A DNA stretch of 64,000 bases. Source: Candidatus Omnitrophota bacterium (GTDB taxonomy: Bacteria > Omnitrophota > Gorgyraeia > Zapsychrales > Zapsychraceae). The notes under the pieces were generated by a model, which saw only the letters and a list, made by a program, of their open reading frames with translations, was not told the origin of the DNA and searched no databases. This document shows, piece by piece, positions 37,994-49,800 of the stretch (within the stretch, counting starts at the first letter, position 1; every line of letters begins with the position of its first letter). The DNA is taken from contig JACKFK010000008.1 in NCBI GenBank assembly GCA_020632515.1, forward strand, positions 8,171 through 72,170. The letters run 5' to 3'. The position numbers and the translations under genes were made by a program.

Positions 37994-38479
37994 ATGAAAA
38001 GAACCCCTAGAGCATTGGTGTTTCAGAGTTTCTTTATTTTCATACTTTCTTTTGTTTTTACAGGGTGTGCGACTATAACGGTTCCAAAATATATTAAGGA
38101 TAGCCATCCTTATAAAGAAGTTTTTTATTATAGATTTAATGAGGTTCAAGAAAAAGCGAGAGTAGCTCTCAGTGAGATTGGTTGGTCAATTGAAAGCACT
38201 GCAGATCCCACTGTTTTTGAACGGAATAAATTGTTAAATGAAACTGAGGGAGAGCAGATTCTTATTTTTAGTAAAGTCCGGCAAGGATGGTTTATTTTAG
38301 GGAAAAAATATTCGCGGGTAAATGTTTATCTGAGGGCTGGCAAAAATAATACTGCAGAGGTGGAATTAAGATATATTAGAATGACTTCTGTTCCATTTAA
38401 AATCTTTGAGAAATTCGAGAATGACAGATTTGCGAAAAAGTTATTTTCACTTATCGATAAGAAATTAGCGGCACAATAA
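37994..38479 (+). CDS. hypothetical lipoprotein
   Basis: Signal peptide plus lipobox FVFTGC; ATG at 37994 preferred over the upstream TTG. Confidence 0.65.
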   Translation: MKRTPRALVFQSFFIFILSFVFTGCATITVPKYIKDSHPYKEVFYYRFNEVQEKARVALSEIGWSIESTADPTVFERNKLLNETEGEQILIFSKVRQGWFILGKKYSRVNVYLRAGKNNTAEVELRYIRMTSVPFKIFEKFENDRFAKKLFSLIDKKLAAQ

Positions 38480-38560
38480 AATAATATACTACTCACCCCG
38501 CATCACTAAGAAATTCCTTCATAGCGTATTCAAATGAGTTTAATATAGTAATGTCAATAT

Positions 38561-40567
38561 ATGAATAAATTTATTCTAAAAAGCAAGTTTAAACCTGTAA
38601 CCGAACAGCTTGATGCTGTTGATAAATTAGTAAAAGGTATTAAGAGTGGCAGAGAATCTCAGGTTTTGTTGGGGGTTACTGGCAGTGGTAAAACTTTTAC
38701 TTTGGCAAATGTTATTCAAGCCATAAACCGTCCTACTTTAGTCATCTCACATAATAAAACCTTAGCGGCGCAGTTATACGGTGAATTTAAGGAGTTTTTT
38801 CCGCATAACGCGGTTGAATACTTTGTCAGCTATTATGATTACTATCAGCCGGAAGCGTATATCCCGCAAACAGACATTTATATCGAGAAAGATGCTTCTA
38901 TTAATGATCGATTGGATCGGTTAAGGTTATCTTCTACTACTTCATTGATGTCGCGAAGAGATGTGATTATTGTGGCCAGTGTTTCTTGTATATATAATCT
39001 TGGATCCCCGGATGATTATCAGGATTTTTTAATTTATTTAGAAAAGGGGCAAATTATTGATCGTGATCAAGTATTGATGAAGCTGATTAGTATTCAGTAT
39101 GAACGTAATGACTATGAATTTTCTAGAGGTAAAATTCGAGTTCGCGGCGATACCTTGGAGGTTTATCCTGCATATCGACAAGATGCAATACGGATACAGT
39201 TTTTCGGGGATGAAATTGAACGTATCGCGCAAATTAATCCGGTTTCAGGTGATGAAATGCAGGAAATGGATAAGGTGGCTGTATATCCGGCTAAACATTT
39301 TCTAGTGTCGCAGCCTCGACTGGAAGAAGCATTGGTTGATATCGAGAATGAATTAAAAATCAGACTGAAAGTATTAAATGAACAAGGGAAACTGGCGGAA
39401 GCGCAACGATTAAATTCTCGAACACGTTATGATATGGAAATGTTGAAAGAGATGGGATATTGTAATGGAATTGAAAATTATTCGCGCGCGTTATCAGGTC
39501 GCCCGTCGGGGAGTCGGCCTTTTTGTTTGATGGATTATTTTTCTGAAGATTTTATTACCCTTATCGATGAGTCGCATGTAACAGTTCCGCAAGTGCGGGG
39601 AATGTATGAAGGTGATAAGTCGCGGAAAGAAACTTTGGTTGAATATGGTTTTCGCTTGCCGTCTTGTCTGGATAATCGGCCGTTGCAATTTCATGAATTT
39701 ATGAAATGCGTTAAACAACGCGTTTATGTTTCTGCTACGCCTGGCCCGTTTGAGAAAACAGATTCTGGAAACCGGTTGATTGAGCAAATTATCCGTCCGA
39801 CAGGGATTGTTGATCCTCCGATTGAAATTCGTCCAACAAAAGGGCAAGTAGATGATCTGGTTAATGAAGTGAAGGTGCGGGCTAAGAAAAATGAGCGAGT
39901 ATTGGTAACTACTTTAACTAAACGCATGTCGGAAGATTTAACAGAATATTTACAGCAAAAGAAATTAAAAGTAAAATATCTTCATTCAGATATTGATACT
40001 ATCGATCGAACCAAGATCCTTAAAGAATTGCGGATTAAGAAATTTGATTGCTTGGTGGGGGTGAATCTTTTACGGGAGGGGCTCGATTTACCAGAAGTTT
40101 CTTTGGTAGCGATTTTTGATGCGGATAAGGAAGGTTTTTTACGTTCGCAGACTTCGTTGATTCAGGTCGCTGGCCGCGCTGCGCGTAACGTTAACGGTCA
40201 GGTTATCATGTATGCGGATTCTATAAGTAAGGCGATGAAAGCCACGATGGATGAATGTGATCGCCGACGGAAAATTCAAATCGCCTTCAATGAAGAACAT
40301 AATATTACCCCGCAAACAATTATTAAAGCTATTACAGATGGGATTGAGGAATATGCCACTGAAGAGGCTCAGGAAATTGTATTAGATGTTGTTGGGCAGA
40401 ACGAACAAGAATACACCTTAACCAATTATATTTCAGGTCTTGAGGGTGAAATGGAAACAGCTGCGCGTAATTTGCAATTTGAAAAAGCAGCTTTGATAAG
40501 AGATAAGATTAAAGAAATACGTGAAGGACAAAGACCGCCTTCGGAAAAATCCAGAAAAAAGGCATGA
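38561..40567 (+). CDS. uvrB: excinuclease ABC subunit B
   Basis: GVTGSGKTFT, YYDYYQPEAY, beta-hairpin region, LREGLDLPEVSLV, C-terminal UVR domain FEKAALIRDKI. Confidence 0.98.
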   Translation: MNKFILKSKFKPVTEQLDAVDKLVKGIKSGRESQVLLGVTGSGKTFTLANVIQAINRPTLVISHNKTLAAQLYGEFKEFFPHNAVEYFVSYYDYYQPEAYIPQTDIYIEKDASINDRLDRLRLSSTTSLMSRRDVIIVASVSCIYNLGSPDDYQDFLIYLEKGQIIDRDQVLMKLISIQYERNDYEFSRGKIRVRGDTLEVYPAYRQDAIRIQFFGDEIERIAQINPVSGDEMQEMDKVAVYPAKHFLVSQPRLEEALVDIENELKIRLKVLNEQGKLAEAQRLNSRTRYDMEMLKEMGYCNGIENYSRALSGRPSGSRPFCLMDYFSEDFITLIDESHVTVPQVRGMYEGDKSRKETLVEYGFRLPSCLDNRPLQFHEFMKCVKQRVYVSATPGPFEKTDSGNRLIEQIIRPTGIVDPPIEIRPTKGQVDDLVNEVKVRAKKNERVLVTTLTKRMSEDLTEYLQQKKLKVKYLHSDIDTIDRTKILKELRIKKFDCLVGVNLLREGLDLPEVSLVAIFDADKEGFLRSQTSLIQVAGRAARNVNGQVIMYADSISKAMKATMDECDRRRKIQIAFNEEHNITPQTIIKAITDGIEEYATEEAQEIVLDVVGQNEQEYTLTNYISGLEGEMETAARNLQFEKAALIRDKIKEIREGQRPPSEKSRKKA

Positions 40568-41349
40568 CGAAGATGGATGCGACAATCCTTTCAATTGATG
40601 TAGGTAATACCAGCGTGGCTTTTGGTGTCATTAGGGGGCAGCGGGTGCAAGCGGTTCAAATGGTGTTGACCACTTTGAAATCAGAAATATTTTCTCAACA
40701 AACCGACCGAATGATTAAGAAGGTTTTTAAAAAGTATCCAAAAATTGAAGCTGTTGTTATCTGCAGTGTTGTTCCTCAAGTATTAAAAAGGGTATTACGG
40801 ACCTTAAAACGAAATAGCCAGCGTCCAGTTTATGTTCTGGGAAAAGATTTAATTGTTCCTATTCAAAATAATTATAAGGTCCCGGCTCAAGTTGGGCAGG
40901 ATCGATTAGTCTGTGCGTACGCTGTTAAGATGCTTTATGGTTATCCAGCCGTTGTGATTGATTTTGGAACTGCAATTACATTTGATTTTATTTCCGCCCG
41001 TGGTTTTTATGAGGGGGGAATAATTGTGCCAGGGATTCAAATGTCGACGGAATCATTGTTTAAGAAGACAGCTTTATTGCCTAATATCGAATCTTTTCAC
41101 GGCCCTGCTTCTTTGATAGGGAAAACGACTGAGGATAGTATTTTAAGCGGTATTTTTCATGGGTATGGTGCTATGAGTGATGAAGTGATAAGGCGTATTT
41201 CTAAGCAAACCAATCAAAAGACAAAAGTGATTTTGACTGGAGGGTATACAAAATTAATTCGAAAATTTATTTACACTAAGAATGTTATTATTGAGAAGGA
41301 TCTTGTCTTTAAAGGTATTGCAGCTGTTTATGCTACTTTAAAAATATAG
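40564..41349 (+). CDS. coaX: type III pantothenate kinase
   Basis: LSIDVGNTS, VIDFGTAITFD, ILTGGY; 261 aa. Confidence 0.9.
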   Translation: MTKMDATILSIDVGNTSVAFGVIRGQRVQAVQMVLTTLKSEIFSQQTDRMIKKVFKKYPKIEAVVICSVVPQVLKRVLRTLKRNSQRPVYVLGKDLIVPIQNNYKVPAQVGQDRLVCAYAVKMLYGYPAVVIDFGTAITFDFISARGFYEGGIIVPGIQMSTESLFKKTALLPNIESFHGPASLIGKTTEDSILSGIFHGYGAMSDEVIRRISKQTNQKTKVILTGGYTKLIRKFIYTKNVIIEKDLVFKGIAAVYATLKI

Positions 41350-41372
41350 CACTTGCTTTTTATGAGTGCTAA
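41346..41372 (+). promoter_or_regulatory. CIRCE-like inverted repeat (upstream copy)
   Basis: ATAGCACTT-N9-GAGTGCTAA versus consensus TTAGCACTC-N9-GAGTGCTAA; overlaps the coaX stop codon. Confidence 0.6.
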
Positions 41373-41447
41373 TATTCAGATTGTTCATTCGGTAATAAAT
41401 CCATAAACGTCTGATAATAATTAAGTTATGAGCATTTAAAAAAATGC

Positions 41448-41475
41448 TTGACAAAATATTTTTTTTTGCTAAATT
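41448..41475 (+). promoter_or_regulatory. sigma70-type groESL promoter
   Basis: TTGACA-N16-TAAATT, the -10 running into the CIRCE operator. Confidence 0.6.
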
Positions 41476-41500
41476 AGCACTCTACAGAATTAAGTGCTAA
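41474..41500 (+). promoter_or_regulatory. CIRCE operator (HrcA binding site)
   Basis: TTAGCACTC-TACAGAATT-AAGTGCTAA, one mismatch to consensus, 54 nt before the groES start. Confidence 0.88.
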
Positions 41501-41553
41501 CAAAGAAATTATTGTAATTTTAAATTTATTAACCAATTCAAGGAGGTGTCAAA

Positions 41554-41844
41554 GTGGAGATTCAACCATTAGCAGATCGTATTATTGTAAAGCCTTTAGA
41601 AGCTGAAGAAAAATCAAAGGGAGGAATTGTTATTCCAGACACGGCCAAAGAAAAACCACAAGAAGGAAAAGTTGTGGCTGTAGGAAAAGGGAAAGTCTCT
41701 GAAAATGGACAACTTCAACCTCTAGAAGTTAAAGTAGGTAATCGTGTTCTGTATGGAAAATATAGTGGAACTGAGATTACATCAAAAGAAGGTGAAGAGC
41801 TTTTAATTATGCGAGAAGATGACGTTTTCGCGATTGTGAAGTAA
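41554..41844 (+). CDS. groES: co-chaperonin GroES
   Basis: GTG start after AAGGAGG; [12 protein letters not shown]...[22 protein letters not shown]. Confidence 0.97.
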   Translation: MEIQPLADRIIVKPLEAEEKSKGGIVIPDTAKEKPQEGKVVAVGKGKVSENGQLQPLEVKVGNRVLYGKYSGTEITSKEGEELLIMREDDVFAIVK

Positions 41845-41868
41845 GATTATTAGGAATTAATTGATTAA

Positions 41869-43539
<1,671 letters not shown>

Positions 43540-43560
43540 TTGATCATTCTCATAAAATTA

Positions 43561-43597
43561 AAAAAGGCAAGGAGTTAGCTCCTTGCCTTTTTTTATT
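43561..43597 (+). terminator. rho-independent terminator after groEL
   Basis: AAAAAGGCAAGGAG-TTAG-CTCCTTGCCTTTTT then T-run. Confidence 0.9.
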
Positions 43598-43599
43598 TA

Positions 43600-43628
43600 T
43601 TGACATTTTTGAAGAAAATCACTATATT
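43600..43628 (+). promoter_or_regulatory. sigma70-type promoter
   Basis: TTGACA-N17-TATATT, but about 185 nt upstream of the next start codon, so the assignment to that gene is tentative. Confidence 0.4.
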
Positions 43629-43812
43629 ATATGTTTAATAAAAGTATTTCTTTCCTAATTTTATTACCTTTATATTTTATTTTAATATTGTTTGATTATA
43701 AGAAGACTCGATAGATATTATATAACATTCACGAATATAATGAGTTACAATAAAATAACTTCTGAAAAATATACCAAATTGGTAAAACTTTGTAATATTT
43801 AAGGAGAAATAG

Positions 43813-44973
43813 ATGGCAGAATGGATTGGTATTGGACGGCGTGCAAGACGCTGTTATGGTTTTGATGAAGTGGCCTTAGTGCCGGGATCATTAACTGTTA
43901 ATCCAAATGAAGTTGATACAAGTTGGGTTATTGGTAAATATACATTTAAAGTTCCTATTTTGGCCGCGGCAATGGATGGGGTAGTTGATGTTGAATTTGC
44001 GGTTGCCATGGGAAAATTAGGTGGAATTGCCGTTTTAAATCTAGATGGGATCCAAACCCGATATGAAAAACCTTCCGAAGTATTAGATCAAATAGCCAAC
44101 GCGACCCCTGAAGAAGCCACAAAACTTGTTCAAAGTGTATATTTAAAAACTGTTAAAGAGAAGTTAATCGCCCAGCGGATTAAAGAAATTAAAGAGCATA
44201 AAGTGCCGGCGGTGGTAAGTTGTATTCCGCAAAACGCGCAAAAATACGCGGCGATTGCCCAAAGAGCAGGATGCGATATTTTTGTTGTTCAATCAACAGT
44301 AGCAACCGTTAAACATGTGGCTAGCGAATATAAAGTTTTAAATCTAGAGAAATTTTGTAAGAATTCTAAAATTCCTATCATTGTGGGGAATTGTGTCACC
44401 TATGAAATTGCAACTGAATTAATGGAGATTGGCGCTTCAGGATTATTAGTGGGGGTTGGCCCAGGCGCAGCATGTACAACGCGGGGTGTTTTAGGAATTG
44501 GAGTTCCTCAAATTACATCGACAGTGGATGCTTCGGCTGCACGTGATCATTTTTATAAACGACGAGGAAAATACGTATCGATAATTACCGATGGTGGAAT
44601 GCGTATTGGTGGAGAAATTTGTAAAGCTTTTGCAGCGGGGGCAGACGCAGTTATGGTTGGATCTGCTTTTGCAAAAGCCAATGAAGCGCCAGGACGCGGA
44701 TATCATTGGGGAATGGCGACGTCGCATGCAAATCTGCCGCGAGGAACGCGTATTCAGGTTCAAACAACAGGAAGTCTTAAAGATATTCTTTTTGGACCGG
44801 CTAAGGTTGATGATGGATCCCAGAATTTAGTTGGGGCGTTAAAGACATCAATGGGTTCTTTGGGAGCTTCCAATGTTAAAGAGATGCATGATGTGGAGAT
44901 AATTATTGCCCCTTCAATTCAAACTGAAGGAAAAGTTTTTCAAGTTGGACAACGGGTGGGGATGGGTAAATAG
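43813..44973 (+). CDS. IMP dehydrogenase-related protein without CBS pair (GuaB3-like family), catalytic Cys retained
   Basis: 386 aa, IGRRARRCYGFDEVALVPG N-terminus, GVGPGAACTTR catalytic-loop Cys, TDGGMRIGGEICKAFAAGADAVMVGS. Confidence 0.8.
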   Translation: MAEWIGIGRRARRCYGFDEVALVPGSLTVNPNEVDTSWVIGKYTFKVPILAAAMDGVVDVEFAVAMGKLGGIAVLNLDGIQTRYEKPSEVLDQIANATPEEATKLVQSVYLKTVKEKLIAQRIKEIKEHKVPAVVSCIPQNAQKYAAIAQRAGCDIFVVQSTVATVKHVASEYKVLNLEKFCKNSKIPIIVGNCVTYEIATELMEIGASGLLVGVGPGAACTTRGVLGIGVPQITSTVDASAARDHFYKRRGKYVSIITDGGMRIGGEICKAFAAGADAVMVGSAFAKANEAPGRGYHWGMATSHANLPRGTRIQVQTTGSLKDILFGPAKVDDGSQNLVGALKTSMGSLGASNVKEMHDVEIIIAPSIQTEGKVFQVGQRVGMGK

Positions 44974-45023
44974 ATTGAAGTCTTGATATATTATTTATAA
45001 ACGATATTAAATTAGGATGAATC

Positions 45024-46793
45024 ATGTCGCGAAAAACTAAAGAACAAACTCAGAGTAAATCAAAGGTTAAAGCAAAAACGACTGTTAAAAAAGTAGCTGA
45101 AAAGAAAAGTAAAGTTACTAAGAAAGTAGCTTCAGGATTATATAGAAATTTTGCTTCAAAAAGAGCCAAAAAGAAACGAATGGGTGCTGTATTACCGAAA
45201 TTACGAAAAGTTCAAGGGCATGTTGCCGCATCCGTAAAAATTCGCAAGATTCGTAATAAAGATATCATTCTTGTTTTAGATTTTGGTTCACAGTATACAC
45301 AGCTTATAGCCCGGAGAATCAGAGAAGCGAAAGTTTTTAGTAAAATTGTTCCTTATAATATTTCAGTTGAGGAAATTCAAGAAATCAAACCGAAGGGAAT
45401 TGTTTTATCTGGAGGTCCTCTAAGTGTTTATGATAAAAACGCACCAACACTTAATAAAGAAATTTTAAAATTAGATATCCCAATCTTAGGGGTTTGTTAT
45501 GGGATGCAGTTATTAACTCAATTATTTGATGGCAAAGTCAAGCCAAGTACTGAGCGAGAATTTGGCAGGGCTGAATTATTCATTGATAATAATAAAGATT
45601 TATTTTTTAATTTACCAACCAATATCACCTGTTGGATGAGCCATAGTGATGAAATTAAAACTCTTCCTAAAGGGTTTGTGTCATTAGCACATACGCTGAA
45701 TGCCTCTGTGGCGGCATTTGCCAATCGTTCTAAGAAAATTTTTGGTGTGCAGTTTCATCCGGAGGTTGTTCATACGCAAAGAGGAAGTCAGATTTTAACA
45801 AATTTCTTATTTACTATTTGTGGTTGTTTACCGCGATGGACTATGGATCGATTCATCGATAACACTATTAAACAAATTAAAGAAAAAGTGGGAAGCAAAA
45901 AAGTAATTCTCGGATTAAGCGGCGGAGTTGATTCATCAGTTGTGGCTATGTTATTACATAAAGCAATTGGGAATAAACTCCATTGTCTTTTTGTTGATAA
46001 TGGGATGCTGCGTAAAAATGAGGTTAATGATGTCCAAAGGACTTTTAAAAATCATTTCAGGATGAATCTTACCTGCCTTGATGCAGAAAAAAGTTTTCTC
46101 GTCCGTTTGAAAAATATTGTTGATCCAGAAGAAAAGCGCATGATTATCGGCGACGAGTTTGTTAAAGTCTTCACGGATAAAGCCAAAAAGATTAAGAATG
46201 TCAGCTTCTTAGCCCAGGGAACACTATATCCAGATGTAATAGAATCGATTTCTCCTACTGGCGGTCCATCAGTAAAAATTAAAAGTCATCATAATGTCGG
46301 CGGGTTGCCTAAGAATTTAAAATTTGAATTAATTGAACCATTCCGTGAACTTTTTAAAGATGAAGTTCGTGTTATCGGCAAACATTTAGGTCTTCCTGAG
46401 AACATTTTAAAACGTCAGCCATTTCCAGGGCCAGGTCTTGCGGTTAGGATATTGGGCGACGTTACAAAAGAACGATTAGAAATCCTACGTGAAGCGGATG
46501 AGCGGGTGATGGAAGAAATTAAACGTGCGGGTCTATATAATGAAATATGGCAATCATTTGCAGTGTTGTTGCCGGTTAAGACTGTTGGTGTCATGGGCGA
46601 TCAGCGGACATATGAAAATGTGATTGCAGTTCGATGCGTCAGCAGTACTGATGGGATGACAGCTGATTGGGTTCCTTTACCGCCGGAAGTATTAGGGAAG
46701 ATTTCAAATCGTATAATTAATGAAGTTCACGGCGTTAATCGTGTTGTCTACGATGTTAGTTCCAAGCCTCCTGCAACAATTGAGTGGGAGTAA
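45024..46793 (+). CDS. guaA: GMP synthase (glutamine-hydrolysing) with about 75-aa Lys-rich N-terminal extension
   Basis: [37 protein letters not shown]-terminal PPATIEWE; the extension precedes the GATase domain. Confidence 0.93.
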   Translation: MSRKTKEQTQSKSKVKAKTTVKKVAEKKSKVTKKVASGLYRNFASKRAKKKRMGAVLPKLRKVQGHVAASVKIRKIRNKDIILVLDFGSQYTQLIARRIREAKVFSKIVPYNISVEEIQEIKPKGIVLSGGPLSVYDKNAPTLNKEILKLDIPILGVCYGMQLLTQLFDGKVKPSTEREFGRAELFIDNNKDLFFNLPTNITCWMSHSDEIKTLPKGFVSLAHTLNASVAAFANRSKKIFGVQFHPEVVHTQRGSQILTNFLFTICGCLPRWTMDRFIDNTIKQIKEKVGSKKVILGLSGGVDSSVVAMLLHKAIGNKLHCLFVDNGMLRKNEVNDVQRTFKNHFRMNLTCLDAEKSFLVRLKNIVDPEEKRMIIGDEFVKVFTDKAKKIKNVSFLAQGTLYPDVIESISPTGGPSVKIKSHHNVGGLPKNLKFELIEPFRELFKDEVRVIGKHLGLPENILKRQPFPGPGLAVRILGDVTKERLEILREADERVMEEIKRAGLYNEIWQSFAVLLPVKTVGVMGDQRTYENVIAVRCVSSTDGMTADWVPLPPEVLGKISNRIINEVHGVNRVVYDVSSKPPATIEWE

Positions 46794-46889
46794 AATATAT
46801 TTCCCTTGCGTTTATACCTCTTAAGAGATCAGAATTTTAAGTCTTTCATTTATTAATAATGTCACACAATTTTCTATTTAGTGACTGAT

Positions 46890-49800
46890 ATGAATAGTTC
46901 CGATTACATTCACCTGCATGTTCACACCGATTACAGTCTTTTAGATGGTGCCTGCCGAATAAAGAATTTAATCCAAAAAGCTGTGGAATATAATATGCCG
47001 GCGATCGGTATGACCGATCATGGCAATATTTTTGGGGCTGTTGATTTTTATCAAGCAGCGACAAAACAAGGGGTCAAGCCGATCATCGGCTGCGAAACCT
47101 ATGTGACCACAATTGGCGATCGTTTTGATAAAACGCCTCGACAAAGAGGAACCGTGTCGCATTTATGTCTTTATGCTAAGGATAATGATGGCTATAAGAA
47201 CTTAGTTAAATTGGTTTCTGCTGGGTACTTAGAAGGTTTTTATTATCATCCTCGAATTGATAGAGATTTATTGGCGCAGCACTCTAAGGGGTTGTTGTGT
47301 ACGTCGGCGTGTTTAAAAGGAGAGATTTCTCAATATTTAATGCAGGACAATTATAACGAGGCTTTAAAAACAGCCGATGATTTTGTTCATATATTTGGTA
47401 AAGATAATTATTATCTGGAGTTGATGGATCATGGTATTCAATTACAAAAGAAAGTCAATCCTTCCATTGTAAAGATTGCAAAAGAATTAAATATTCCGCT
47501 TGTAGCGACCAATGATGTTCATTATTTGGAAGGAAATCAGTCTCACGCGCATGATACATTGCTTTGCATCCAGACTCAGACAACGTTGAATGATCCGAAA
47601 AGGATGCGGTTGGAAACGGATCAATTTTATTTTAAAGATCCGTTGGCCATGCGTAAGACTTTCGACTGGGTGCCGCAAGCGTTGAGTAATACGCTGGAAA
47701 TCGCCGATAAATGTAATGTGGTTATGGATTTTGACAAGATTCACTTACCGAATTTTAATCCCCCCAACGGTAAATCTAAAAATGAATATTTACGAAGCTT
47801 ATGTCAGGAAGGGTTAAGGAAGAGGTATAACACGGTTACTAAAGATTTAAACGATCGTCTCGAACATGAATTGAAGGTGATCGAAAATATGGGATTTGTC
47901 AGTTATTTTCTTATTGTATGGGATTTTATTCATTATGCCAAAAAAGTTGGCATACCTGTAGGGCCGGGACGAGGATCAGCCGCTGGAAGTTTGGTTAGTT
48001 ATTTATTGGGCATCACAGATTTAGATCCGATTAAATACGGTTTGCTGTTTGAGCGTTTTTTAAACCCTGATCGCGCGGGAATGCCTGATATTGATATCGA
48101 TTTTTGTTATGAACGACGAGGTGAAGTCATTGATTACGTAACAAGAAAATACGGAATAAGTAACGTGGCGCAAATTATTACTTTTGGAACTATGCAGGCC
48201 CGGGCGGCGATTCGTGATGTGGGTCGGGCTATTGGAGTCGCGTATGCGGATGTTGATCGTATTGCCAAATTGATTCCTAATGAATTAGGCATTACGCTTG
48301 ATGAGGCCTTAAATAAAGAACCACAGTTGCGTGAGTTGATTCAGCAAGACCATACCGCGAAAGAAGTTATGGAAACTGCGGGAATTCTTGAGGGGCTGAC
48401 GCGTCACGCTTCAACGCATGCTGCGGGAGTTGTTATCTCTGATAAGCCGCTCAATGAATATGTTCCATTATTTAAGACAAGTGATGGGCAGATCACAACA
48501 GGGTTCACGATGAATGCCATTGCAAAGATTGGTTTATTGAAAATGGACTTTCTCGGGTTAAGAACTTTAACTGTTATTAGTGAGGCGATCAAGATTATTA
48601 AGCGTACGCATGGCATTGATTTAGAAATCAGTAAAATACCGTTGGATGATCCTAAGACGTATCGGTTATTAAGTGAAGCTAACAGTTTTGGCGTGTTCCA
48701 GTTGGAAAGCGCGGGGATGCGGGAGCTTTTAAAGAAAACGCGGCCTTCGGAATTTGAAGATATTATTTCTGTTTTGGCGTTGTATCGTCCAGGTCCGATG
48801 GGTAGCGGGATGTTGGATGACTTTATTAAACGTAAACGGGGCGAGGTAGATATTGTTTATGATCATCCAAAGTTGGAGCCGATTCTTAAAGAAACGTACG
48901 GTATTATTGTTTATCAAGAACAAGTTATGAAGATTCCGGTAGCCTTAGCCGGATTTTCGTTGGTGCAGGCGGATCATTTACGGCGGGCTATGAGTAAAAA
49001 AATCGCTGCGGTTATGGAACAAACACGTAAGGATTTTGTCGAGGGATGTCAAAAACATAGCCAGATTGATCAGGTTAAGGCGAATAAGCTTTTTGATTTG
49101 ATTGATTATTTTTCCGGATATGGATTTAATCGAAGTCATTCCGCGGCCTACGCGTTAATCTCATACCAGACGGCGTATCTGAAAGCCAATTATCCGGTTG
49201 AATTTATGTGTGCTTTGCTGACGAGTGAAAAAGATAATACGGATAAGATTGTGGAGTATGTTAAAGAAGCTGAACATATGGGTGTTGAAATATTACCTCC
49301 AGATATCAATGAAAGTCTTAAAGAGTTTAGTGTTATTGATAAGAAAACGATCCGTTTTGGATTATTAGCTGTTAAGAATGTTGGGGGAACCGCTATTGAA
49401 TCAATCGTGGAGAAGCGTAAAGATGGTTTATATAAATCGATCTTTGATTTGTGTGAGCGGGTTGATTTACGCTTGGTAAATCGAAAAGTTGTGGAAAGTT
49501 TGATCAAATGTGGGGCTTTAGATTGTTTAAATGCTGCGCGGTCACAATTGATGGCTGTTTTGGAAATGGCTTTGGAGATCGGGGCTAAAACACAGAAAGA
49601 AAAAGCATCAGGGCAGTTTTCCTTTTTTGATATGGGAGGACAGGAGGTTGGATTTAACAAAGAACATGAAAAGCTTCCTTTAATTAAAGAATGGCCGCAA
49701 ACACAAATTTTAGCATTTGAGAAAGAATCTTTAGGGTATTATGTCAGCGGGCATCCTTTGGCTCATTATCATACTGAAATTAAGGAGTTTACAGATATTA

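Noticed and set aside
43629-43812. About 185-nt AT-rich leader before the guaB-like/guaA genes examined for a purine riboswitch
   Set aside because: I could not find the conserved purine-riboswitch junction and loop motifs or a convincing three-way junction. The region is nearly pure A/T.
49190-49660. 156-aa minus-strand ORF inside dnaE
   Set aside because: It is antisense to a conserved DnaE region and has no motifs. Long open antisense frames are expected in AT-rich genes.
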